DNA from: Amoebophrya sp. A120
Lineage: Eukaryota > Protista > Dinoflagellata
Assembly: GCA_905178155.1 (NCBI GenBank)
Contig: CAJINV010000001.1
Location: forward strand, 2,594,089-2,658,088
Reading direction: 5' to 3'
Length of the DNA stretch: 64,000 nucleotides
Shown here: positions 24,832-35,458 of the stretch, piece by piece
Layout: every line of letters starts with the position of its first letter
Numbering within the stretch: position 1 is the stretch's first letter
The notes under the pieces: model-generated
Databases searched by the model: none
Seen by the model: the letters and a program-made list of their open reading frames with translations, nothing else
Told to the model about the DNA's origin: nothing
Program-made: the position numbers and the translations under genes

Positions 24832-27800
24832 ATGTTTAACCCCTTTGCGAGTAATCCTTTCACGAGCGGATCCGGTAGCAATCCGTTCGAGGAAGGAACT
24901 CCCCACAGCAACCCCTTCGACGACGTTCATGTGGTGGAAGACCATGATGATTTCGAAGAGGATCCCGCACAAGCTCTCCGGCAGGACAAAGCAGGGCATA
25001 ACTCCGAGCAAAAAGGGCAAGCACAAAGGCAGCAGAATCAGAAAACGAACACTCAGAGAAATATAATCCAGAAAAATGACAAGAACGGCAAAAACAACCC
25101 TGGCCCAGCAGCAGGGAACAAGAAGAATGGTACTAACGAGATGAAAACTACCGATCCGAAACACACCAGTGATCATCCAAATGCTAGTGGGAGAAGCGGT
25201 GGCGGAATTTACGGAGCGTTTAGCGCACCGTATGGATTGCAAAAATGTCTGGGTCTGGAAGGATACAACTTGTGATGCTACTTTTGGAATCTACATAAAA
25301 TCTGTATTGCATGAACAGCACAAGAGGTGTAATTTGTGCTACGCGGAGAGGGCGTTTCTCATGCGGTATGAGCATCAGAAAGCCCTCGCAAAATCTCTGA
25401 TGATAGGTCATGCATCACAGACCTCATGGGTCATGCAAAATCTGCATGCGGAAATAGGGAATTATAAGGTGCAAAATCTGCATGACAAACTCCTGCATTC
25501 TTCCAGACCCAGACATTTTTGCATGTGATACACCGAAATCTGCCACGACATCGGCCCTTGCACAGGAAGTTCCGACGCAACGGGTGAGAGAGCCATTTTA
25601 TGCGGCATCCAGGCTACCGCGCCCCGTGTTTCCGGTGGTGATCACGGGCACTTCTGCCGCAGCATCTTCATCTGCCGGTTCTTTTGCGCCGCAGCAGATG
25701 CCGCTCCCGCCGGATTTGATAAATTTGCGCAGAGTCCCTTCATCCGGTACTAGCAATCACGCAGGGCCCTCAGCTGGTGCCACTGCCACGTCCTCGAAGA
25801 TGCCGATGCCAACCTTTCCTCCACCGGCGGTGAATTTTCCAGTCGACACGCTGAAGCAGAGTCCGCGGTCTATGCCGATGCCCCAACCCCCTCTCGTCCA
25901 CACGCAGCGCGCAGCGAAAAGAGGACTGATGCCGGTCCCGGCCCCTTCCAGTAGCCCGTCGTCGTCACCGCATCACGCCGCGATGAATAAGAGCGGCGGA
26001 GTTGTACCACAACTCGATGAGCGGACTGCTTCGTCTAATTCTACCAGTCAAAACGGAAACAATAAAACCGCTAACAACAACAAGAAAAACGCGCGGTCGC
26101 ATCAAAATAAGAGCAACAAGCGGGCTGCACAAGATGGGGCGGGACATCGGCAGCAGGAAGGAGATGGAAATCAGGCAAAAAGGCAAAAAACCATAGGGAA
26201 TAATATAGACATCAACATTTGCGAGGAGAGACTTTTTCCCAACACCACCGCGATGCAGGACGGCTCCCGCGAGCTGAACACCACCGAGGGGTTTATGAAA
26301 TGCAAACATGTCCGGGGCTGGAATAAACCTGTAATGCTGAATGGTCGTGATTGACTTCGCCTGTAAGTGCAGTGCAGCATGACAAATGTTGTTAGCGCTT
26401 TTTGATGCTTAGTGCGCATTGCAAACTGCGACTCCTCATGACGAAAGTGTGGCGATTTTGTCGTGTTTATGCAATACGGATTTTCCAGCAAAAATGCTGG
26501 ACACGCAATGCAGGTTCATCCTTTCCAGACCCAGACATATTTGCAGTGGATAGGGTTCCACCTGCGGCAGAACGAGTTCTACCTGAAGCGCGTCACCGAC
26601 GGAACGAAGCGGCGGGGCAATTTCCTGGACGACGTTTCTCACGAAAACGCCTCGTATATGTACATGACGGGGCACGACTTGCGGCAGTATGAGAAGCAGG
26701 TGCTGGACTTCACAAAGTCGAAGTCGAAAGCACAGAAGAAACAGCAAAAGAAAACGAACACGGACGGGCTGCACCCCCTGATGGAGTCCGAGGACGTGAG
26801 TTGCTACGACAATTTCACGGACAAGGAGCTGCAACAGGAATTGCTTGCCCTGATCGCGGCGTACATCGACGACAAGGGCGGCGCGGTCAAGGCCTGCGAG
26901 CTGGTCCACCCGCGGCTGCTATCAAAAGTAAAAATGTCTGGGTCTGGAAACTTGTGATGCTGGGTGGCGTCTCATGATGAGGCTACAAATGCTGGCTCAG
27001 CATGACAAGTTTCTGAGCTCCTAGGTGTTGCCTATTCTGCATGACAAACTGCGCTTCTGCATCACAGAAGAGCGGAGCTCTTGGGTAACGTGCGTCACAG
27101 ATTCAAGAATCATGCCAGACAAGCATGACAAACATGAATTCTTCCAGACCCAGACATTTTTGCACTTGATAGCTGCAGGCGGTGCAGCACCTGATCCAGG
27201 ACGGGAAGTACAAAAAGAAGCTGGTCTCCATCTGCCAGGAGCACCCGAAACACTTTCGCTGCTGCGCCTCCTGGTCGGACCCGGAGACCGGGCGCAAGCT
27301 CGGGCAGTTCATCGCCACCAGACTGGGGCTGCGCCGGCACCTGATCACGCCGCGCGACGAGCAGATGGCAGCGAAAACCGTGCAGCAGACGAAAAACGAG
27401 CTGTTGGTGCAGCAGGAGCAGTTTCTGAAGCTGAACAGGGAGGAGCTGGGGATCGTCGACGCGAAAAAAATCAACAGCGCCGGACTGTTATCCATTGCAA
27501 ATATTATCCCTGGATGTCTGAAAGAGTGTAAACTTGTCATGCAGGTTTTCCATGACCGATGAGGTCTGGAATGCGGGACCCAGCATGACAGACTCTGTGG
27601 TGTGTCTTCCATGCCTATCCTGCATCAGAAACTGCCTTCCAACTTGGTCGAAACTGGACAGCTTTTGGCACTCATGCAACACAGATTTTTGCATGATTCG
27701 GATCTAGCATGACAGCTTGCAATCTTCCAGACATCCAGGGATATTTGCAATCCATAGCTGTATTTCGAAGAGGAAACGGGGATCAAGTACTTTATCTCGA

Positions 27801-30800
27801 AGCAGTGGTACGCGTGCTGCTTCTATCAAAGTGAAAAAAGCCCCCACCCCATATCCGAAACAGAAGATGCGCGAATTTGTGATGCTGTATTTGAGTACAC
27901 AAATCAACTTGTATTGCTAGAAGGCCAAGAGACGAAGCTGCGGCCTAAATTGCAGGTAATCTGTCATGCTGTTTCCCACTTCCAGTTGCCTCCTGTCATC
28001 CTGGAGCTGCAAGGCTTTCCCACGCTAGACAGCACTACAGTCTGCATCTTTTGCCTTCTAGCATCACAAGGCTGATTTGTGACTACAAATCTGCATCACA
28101 GATTTCCGTTTTGATATGGGGAGGGGGCATTTTTCATTGTAATAGCTTCAACGGTTGCAACGAGATCTTTCACTCCTGGAACAGCTGCGTGGCCCACATG
28201 CTCGCGGACTCGCGTGCGCTGGGGATCATGTGGAAAAAAAGCGGGGGGAACAGCAAGAAGAAGGAGAAGTTCAAAGACACCCCGATTCCCTACGTGAAGC
28301 ACCGGGCGTGCAAGCACCTGGACGAGAAGCTGGTGGCATCCTGGGCGCGCGCGGACGACATCGGCCGCGTCACGAACTTGGTGAGCGTGAACAAGGCGCG
28401 GGCGACCGGGATCCACGACCGCATGAAGAAGGTGCAGCTCCCGAGCGAGGAGGAGCTGGTCACCTACGTGTGGGACCTGATCGACGAGATCACGAATTTG
28501 GAGCCCAACTTCAGCTGGGACCGCGAGAACGCCATCATGATGTGCGGGGCCGAGTTGTGGGAGATGGAGAAGAGCAAGGAAAACACGCGGCGGCTGCTGA
28601 CGAAATTGGGCCAGGCCTGGGCCAAGGGGGAGTTCGACACCAACAAACTGTTCGACGATTTGCAGCACAATGAGGAATATCCAGTGCAAACATGTCTGGG
28701 TCTGGAAACTTGTAATGCTAAAACGTGGATGATGGAAACGGTTCCGAATCCGAATGCAACCCAGCATGACAAATTTCAAGAACGCTTTCGCATAGGCAAT
28801 CCGCATGAGAAACTGTTTTTTTGCACCTACAAAAGAGGCTGCGAATTTTGTTGGTTTAATGCATTACAGATTTTCTAGGTATGGAAAGCTAGCATTACAA
28901 GTTCCAACCTTTCAGACCCAGACATATATTTGCAATCCATAAGGAAGATGATCTCGACCCGCAACTCGAGGCGGAATTGGCGGCCGCGAAGATGTATGCA
29001 TTGCAAAAGCATCGTACTAGTATAGATTGCATTACAAATTTTACCAAGAGGAAAAATGCAACTTGTCGTGCTGGATAAGGTAGCCAGTTTACATTTGTCA
29101 TGTATCATGACTGCAATTCATACGAGTACGATAATTTTGCAGAGGATAAGATGTTCCCGGAAGTGGACCACGGCGAGCAGAGTGAGGTATCAAATGCAAA
29201 AATGTCTGGGTCTGGAAGAATACAAACTTGTGATGCGCATTTCAGCACACAGAAAAATCTCTGATGCGTGGCTAGCAAAAGCTGCCCACTTTCTGTCACC
29301 AAAGTGGGGGATTTGTCATGCGGATTCGGCATTGCGGAAGCTTTTCGAAACCTGTGATGCTAGAGCTTCCATGCCAGACCTTCTGCGTCATGCAAAAACA
29401 GCATGACTCTTCCAGACCCAGACATTTTTACATTTGATATGAGGAGGAGGTCGTCGATCTGCAGGTCGCGGGGGCGGGAAATATTAAAAACAACAGTACT
29501 AACAGAACCGGTGGTGGTTCGACTGCTCAAGAAGAACATCACGACAAGGACAACCTCGACGACGACGACCGGGACCAGTCTATACCGAACCTGGAGCTGG
29601 ACTCTATGGCGCTCTCAAACGTTACATCCTCATAGCTGTTACATGGATTTGTAATGCAAGAATGGCAAAAGTGCAAGGGGGAAGATTATTTCGCCTTTTG
29701 CATCACAGGTTGGGCACGGATTTAGACGCTGTTCAGGAGTCCTTCGAAAATTTGTCATGCGAGGCAGCTTGATGATGTAGATACTGATGAGGGTTCTGCG
29801 TGACAAATCCATGTGACAGTTGAGAGCGTAACGTTTGAGAGCGCCATAGACTCAACCATCGGGTTACTGAAGAAGGTGAAGAACAAGACGCTATCGAATG
29901 AAAAAATCCCCCCTCCCCATATCAAAACGGAATTTCTGATGCTGGATGTGTGTACACAAATCAGCTTTGTATTGCAGAGAGGCACTGCGGCCAGGTCCCC
30001 AGGCTAGGTAGGGGCGTATGGGTCTAGTTGTTCAGCATGGCAAATGGCTCCCCTTTAGGCCAAACAGCATGACAAATTGCTTCCATAATGGGGCGGGAGC
30101 TTCTGTCCTTGTCTTCTTGCAATACAAATGTGATTTGTGACCTCAAATCCGCAACACAAATTTTCGGAAACGTACCTGCTCAATATGGGGAGGGGGGATT
30201 TTTCCTTCTGATAGACGCGGCGGGAACTTCGAGACCAGCTGCGAAACTTCCCGGACTTGTCGCAGCCGATCTGGCGGAAGGGCCGGCAGGGGAAAAAACA
30301 GTGGGACGTGAGCAACATGACCCTGAAGGACCAGCAAAAAAAGCAGATCAAAGTGACCCCCAAGGACTACGAGCGCGACGCCAACCGAAATGCCGCCATC
30401 CACTTTGGCCGCGCGCTGCTCCAAACCACACTGTACACGCGCGCGAAAGCCTTCGTCGCCCAGAAGTGCTACGGTCTGGAGTTCGACGCGCTCGGGTTGG
30501 GAAAGACCTGGGAGCAGTTTTGGACGGACAACTTCGCGTCGCAGTTTCTGCCCTCGGGGTTTCTGGAGGAACGACGGAAACTACGCGACGCAGCTGCCCG
30601 GAACAACTACCGCGCGGGAAATAGTAACACGACCGGAATAAAAGGTGCAGGTAAAAAAGGGAAAAATAGTAAGGGCGCCGCGGCCCCAGGGCAGGCGGGA
30701 GCGGGAAAGCCCTTCTTCAGCAGTTCAGCCGCTTCACCAACTAAAGGTGGAACAACCAACGTGAACTATTCCGTTTTTGGCAAAAACGTGAACGATCCCC

Positions 30801-32514
30801 AGTCGTTGGATGATAACAATTTCAAGCCGACCTCCGACGCAGGACGTGTGGATGAGGTTGACAGCCAAGCTTCCGAGCTGAATTCTGAAGATGAGGGTTC
30901 TGCTTCCTCGCAAGACGAAGATGAAATCGTCCTCGACATGATGAATCCCTTTGCGGACGACTCGAATGATCAACACACGACCGCACTTGACGATCCATTC
31001 GCTACCAGTCATTTCGGCACGAACAACAACTCTGCTGATCCGGCGCTTGTTTCCACCTGGTCCCACGAGCAAAACGGGAACTCCTTCGCCGGAGTCTTCG
31101 ATGATGATTTTGAGAACGATGCGGTTGCTGCGGGCGACGATCAGGTGGACAACTACGGGAGAAATGAGGAGAAAACCAAAGAAAAAATTAATGCAACAAA
31201 CGCCACCCCCGCACTGTCCACTACTGCGCTGGCGCACCAGGACAACTTATCCTTGCTATTGAAGCACGACTTTCTGACCAACGAGGTCCAGGCGGCTGCG
31301 TATGCCAAGCTGGAGACGAACGCGGAAAAATCCAAGTTCCGTGCGCAGGCGCGCACGGTGGCGCAGAACAAGATGCCAATGCCGCCGAAGCTCCTGCGCG
31401 GCGTCGACCGAACGAGTGCCCGGGAGATTGAGCCGGGACTGCGGCAACTGGCGGAGGACCAGAGTCTCCGCGTGGAAGGACGACGAGGGGGAAATCATTC
31501 AAATGATCCTTCTTCCTCTTGGAGCAAAGCAAATGAAAATGATCGGTCCAACGACATTCCGGTGGACGCGCTGGTGCATTCTGTGGTGGTGAAGTTGAAA
31601 TCTAACCTATCCTGTGCAGAAGTATCGTACTCGTAGTAATTGCATTTATGCATGACAGTGCCCTTTTATTAAGATGAATCCGCATTACAAATTCCATTTC
31701 TAATGCTGAGAAAATTTGTATTACAATTTTAATTTCATACTAGTGCGATACTTTTGCAATTCATTCAACCTTGCCTGGAACAAAAGACGCGGACGGGGGG
31801 AAAACGAAAGAGATAAAAGTAGCCCGTCGGCAGAAGTAGTGGACCCGAAATATACGGTGGTTCCACAGGCGGAAAAGGCGCTTCGGCTGGTGGTGGCCGA
31901 CTGCGCGAGCATTCCGTTGGAGGTATCGCACAGAAAAAAGCTGGCAGGTCATATTTGTAATGCAAAAACAAATAGACAAAAAAACTTGCGTCGCATATCC
32001 TAAACAGCATGCTATGAAGCCGCCCACGACAAATTTTTCGGTGTATTTATTTTTGCATTACAAATATGCCCTGCCAGCTTTTTTCTGTGGGATAGGAGGC
32101 CCTGGCGGAAGACGCGGATTTCTGTTTCATGCACGCCGGATATGAGAGTGCACAACTCGTCCCCGTCCTTCTCGCTTGTCATGCAAAATGAAAATACCAA
32201 ATCTACACCTCGCCTTTGGGCACTCTTTGCAGGGCAAATTTTGGAAACTCAAGCAGTACTACAACAATCTGTGTACAGATTTGTCATGCGGAAGCCGCAC
32301 GATCTCTCCTGTGGCTTGTGTTGCTGTTGATGTGGCCTGGCCACATCAACAGCCGCCACGCAAATTAGGGGGAGGGGAAGCAGCTGTGCACCCTCATACC
32401 GGAAGTTGTCTCAAATTGCAGTTGGAAGACGGAATGCCCATCGAATGCGTTGGGTGCTCCGCGAATCACGCGCATACGGAAAGGAAGCTGGCGCACGTTT
32501 TCAAGGACTTGTGA
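24832..32514 (+). CDS. Hypothetical 1464-aa protein with N-terminal NPF repeats and Cys/His clusters; 14 exons, all 13 introns are introners
   Basis: Exons sum to 4395 nt in a single frame from ATG 24832 to TGA 32514. MFNPFASNPF..NPF..NPF; YACCFNGCNEIFHSWNSCVAHM; C-terminal C..H..C..CVGC..H.H. Confidence 0.8.
25231..25530. mobile_element. Introner, family A, with internal duplication
   Basis: TIR; TSD caccg/caccg. Confidence 0.92.
26294..26552. mobile_element. Introner, family A
   Basis: TIR; TSD gggtt/gggtt. Confidence 0.9.
26920..27171. mobile_element. Introner, family A (inverted near-copy of 37796)
   Basis: TIR; TSD gctgc/gctgc. Confidence 0.92.
27489..27756. mobile_element. Introner, family A variant (TIR with ATCCCTGGATGTCTG at both ends)
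   Basis: TIR; TSD actgt/gctgt; interior nearly the same as the 4879 copy. Confidence 0.9.
27824..28144. mobile_element. Introner, family D (core inverted relative to 20329)
   Basis: TIR; TSD gcttc/gcttc. Confidence 0.9.
28678..28941. mobile_element. Introner, family A (same subfamily as 18889)
   Basis: TIR; TSD aggaa/aggaa. Confidence 0.92.
28995..29148. mobile_element. Introner, family E
   Basis: TGCAAAA..ATCGTACT / AGTACGAT..TTTTGCA; TSD agatg/agatg. Confidence 0.88.
29188..29439. mobile_element. Introner, family A
   Basis: TIR; TSD tgagg/tgagg. Confidence 0.93.
29605..29848. mobile_element. Introner, family F (perfect 21-bp TIR TATGGCGCTCTCAAACGTTAC)
   Basis: TIR; TSD gactc/gactc. Confidence 0.92.
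29892..30213. mobile_element. Introner, family D
   Basis: TIR; TSD gacgc/gacgc; very similar to 41234. Confidence 0.92.
31608..31765. mobile_element. Introner, family E, degenerate 3' end (CATT)
   Basis: TSD taacc/caacc; KSN|LAW. Confidence 0.8.
31924..32094. mobile_element. Introner, family C (TIR TATCSCACAGAAAAAAGCTGGCAGG)
   Basis: Long TIR; TSD ggagg/ggagg. Confidence 0.92.
32141..32398. mobile_element. Introner, family G (TIR TATGAGRGTGCACA)
   Basis: TIR; TSD ccgga/ccgga; HAG|SCL. Confidence 0.88.
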
Positions 32515-33526
32515 ACAATGAAGCGAACATGTATGTTGTATTCTTTCAGGTTTTTGGTTTAAGTAAATGATATAATAAGCGACCCCCCGCGCAAAGCTGC
32601 AGAACGATTGCGCCTTATGTGTTGGATGCATCTGATAAAATATCGCGATGCGGCTTGTTGGTTCGCTGTAAAAGTGTTCCGAGCAACGCACCACAAAGGA
32701 CATTCTCGTCTCGTAAAGGAGGGACATATGCCTTTGGTGTCATGCTTAGTGGATGATCATGATCTGACTCGGTCCAGTGCCCAAAGCTTTTTTTGGCATT
32801 GCTTGTTGATATCGCTGTCGGTTTTGATTTGATTGCAGCAAGCGATAACTATCGGTCCCGGTTCCAGATAACCAGGTTCGGGTGATTAGCGTGATCTTTG
32901 ACTTATCCAGCATGACCCCGCCCCTTGTCATCATTCGGTGGCTTGCGATTTCCTTCGCGGTGCCTGAAGGTGCTGACCCGGTTGTCTCGTAGCTCTCCCC
33001 TGTCATTTACTGGGAAAGTCTCCGTACTGTCGGTTTGTGTGCTATCTATTGCAGCAACTAAGTCGCGCTGACACGGAGTCGGTTAGTTTACCGGCATGAA
33101 GTGTTTTTGTAAAAAGCTAGCGGAAGAAGTGTTTGGAACTTTTGACGCAGAGTCGGGCGCTTGTTTCCGTTCGGTTTCCCGTTCCAATGTCTGCGCCGTA
33201 ACCAATTTCTGCGACGACCCAGGTGCTTGTTTCCGAGCCCCACTTTTTCGCAATCGGCGCGCGCGCGTGGCGCAATCCATTATTCGGATAACTATGCTCT
33301 ACGTGTAAGTGGAGCATAATTGAGTAAGTTGAAGTTATATTTTTCTCAGTTGCACAACGCTTTCGTTGTTCTCGACTACTTACTTCCACTTCTACCCAGC
33401 ACTAGCTACGCCAGTACTGCTGCCTTCTTCGAGTCGGAGAATTATGCATAGGTAGTGCCTGCTCCATAAACTTTGAACCTTTTCAGCTCGGACCACTGTG
33501 GCCGTCGACGTCCAGCATACCAATCG

Positions 33527-34441
33527 ATGTCGATGGAGGACATCTCAGTACAGAAACTCCTGCCCGCCGGCGTGTTGGGGTGCCAGGTGGAACAGGCGGA
33601 GCTGTTTATTTGCCGAGAGTCGAACAGCGCACCCGCGCATTTCGACGGGAAAGAACTAGTACCGGTAGACGGGTACAACATCAACAACTCCTCCTCCCCG
33701 GCAGCTCCTGATCTGTCAGTTTGTGAACCGCAGCACAATTACAATGAGTTGCCCACTCTAACGCAGGCAGAGGAGCACGCACGGGCTAACGGATTGACGC
33801 TCAAGCGAAAGTGGCGCAAATGGCGAAGGGAGTGGAGTCGGGTTGAAGAAGTGACTGAAGTTAGCGATGGCAATTGCGTTGCTGCTGCTGACCGGTATTC
33901 GTCCTGGGTGCGCTACAACCCCGAGCCGCAGATGTATCGCTTTGTAGTGTCTGTGAATCATCCGCACACGTATGAGGAGCTGCCTACGCTCGAGATGGCG
34001 GAGAAATACACGCGGGAAAACGCAAAGAGACTAAATCCAAAGTGGCGAGCATGGCGAGAAGAGTGGGCAGCAGAAATGAAAGAAGTAACCGACGCCGGCC
34101 CTGACTTCGCAGGCCCTCGTTACAAGCATTGGGGCGACCGATATAAGGTCTGGGTCGCCTACAACCACGAGCCCAAGATGATTGGTTCGACTCCGCGTGT
34201 GAGTTTGAAGCATCCGCACACGTTTCATAACTTGCCTACTGTTGATGCAGCGGAGGAGTGTGTGCGAGACCGCGGGAAGCGGCTAAACCCGGCTTGGCGA
34301 GACTGGCGAATGAGGTGGGAGCAGGATACTTACTTTAAGGCCTGTGTTGACGGAAACGGCACCAGAAAAGCTATGGCTGATTGCTTTTCTGAGTGGGTGT
34401 GCACGTGGCCCTACAATTCAGAGCCGATGATGTTTCGCTGA
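33527..34441 (+). CDS. Intronless orphan protein with three tandem ~80-aa Trp-rich repeats
   Basis: Unit H.Y..LPT...AE...R.....L...WR.WR..W...D....WV..YN.EP.M occurs three times; first ATG at 33527. Confidence 0.75.
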   Translation: MSMEDISVQKLLPAGVLGCQVEQAELFICRESNSAPAHFDGKELVPVDGYNINNSSSPAAPDLSVCEPQHNYNELPTLTQAEEHARANGLTLKRKWRKWRREWSRVEEVTEVSDGNCVAAADRYSSWVRYNPEPQMYRFVVSVNHPHTYEELPTLEMAEKYTRENAKRLNPKWRAWREEWAAEMKEVTDAGPDFAGPRYKHWGDRYKVWVAYNHEPKMIGSTPRVSLKHPHTFHNLPTVDAAEECVRDRGKRLNPAWRDWRMRWEQDTYFKACVDGNGTRKAMADCFSEWVCTWPYNSEPMMFR

Positions 34442-35458
34442 GTACGGAGGAGCTCGAGGTCTCGGCCTTCTACTGAATTGCGTTGTGACTTTATACAGTA
34501 GAGTGGTGCTATTTGATTTTTCCTTTAAGCGTGTACCGTTTTTCTGTTCGGCGCAGTCGTCGCATGCATAAATCTAGCAGGTGCTGCATTCGCAGAATCA
34601 CAATTATTGATTGATTATCTGGAATGAAAATCTTAATCTTCGGGCTGTTGCTATAGTACAGTAGCATGTTGGCTCTGGCTCACTACGAAGAGCAGTGAAT
34701 AAAAAAGAATGTAAACTAAGTATGGGTATCTACAATTTTGTCCCGGCACGTAATAATTTGTCGAAGTAGTTGTAGATCATGGTAATCCATCGCATTTCAC
34801 GAAGACCAGCATTGGTGCCCGTTCTAATCATTGTGCTAGCGAGGGTTATTTTATGAGATCACTACGTATGTCGGAAGCGGAACGTGGGGACCGTTTTGAT
34901 TTACTCCACGTCTAGCGGTCAATATGATCGAATTTTTGTTTAACCTACCGCACAGATTTAGAGAGGCGAATAAAATGAAAAGCAAATAAAGCGCATCAGC
35001 ACTCCGGTTCTGCATTTGTTACAGAGAAGAGCCTATTGATGTAGCTTCTTAGGCTGCTGTTCCACCAAGAAGTGAATGAAGGTTTTTTCGCTTTTCTCCG
35101 GCTACGAGGTCAACGAGGAGCAAAAAAAGCATCAATCTTCTGGCCGATCCTTATTGACGCACTCGTAAGGAACAAATGCGCATTTTAGGCACGACGTCAT
35201 CAATTGGGTCGTGCCGACGATCTTCGCTGCCCTTTAACCGCTGTACATCATTCCGTGCTCCGGACTGTATTTTTTTTTCCAACTCAAAATAAATTGTAAA
35301 TCAATTATACGCGTCTGTGTATATTTTTCGTTTTTGTGTGCTTTCTACTTTGTCGGGACCCTTTGCGGGTCGTGACATAGAAGTACCGTCGCGATCTCAT
35401 CTTCACCGGTCACTACATGCGCCATTCGGAACAAGCACAACTTTGCAAAGGACACACC

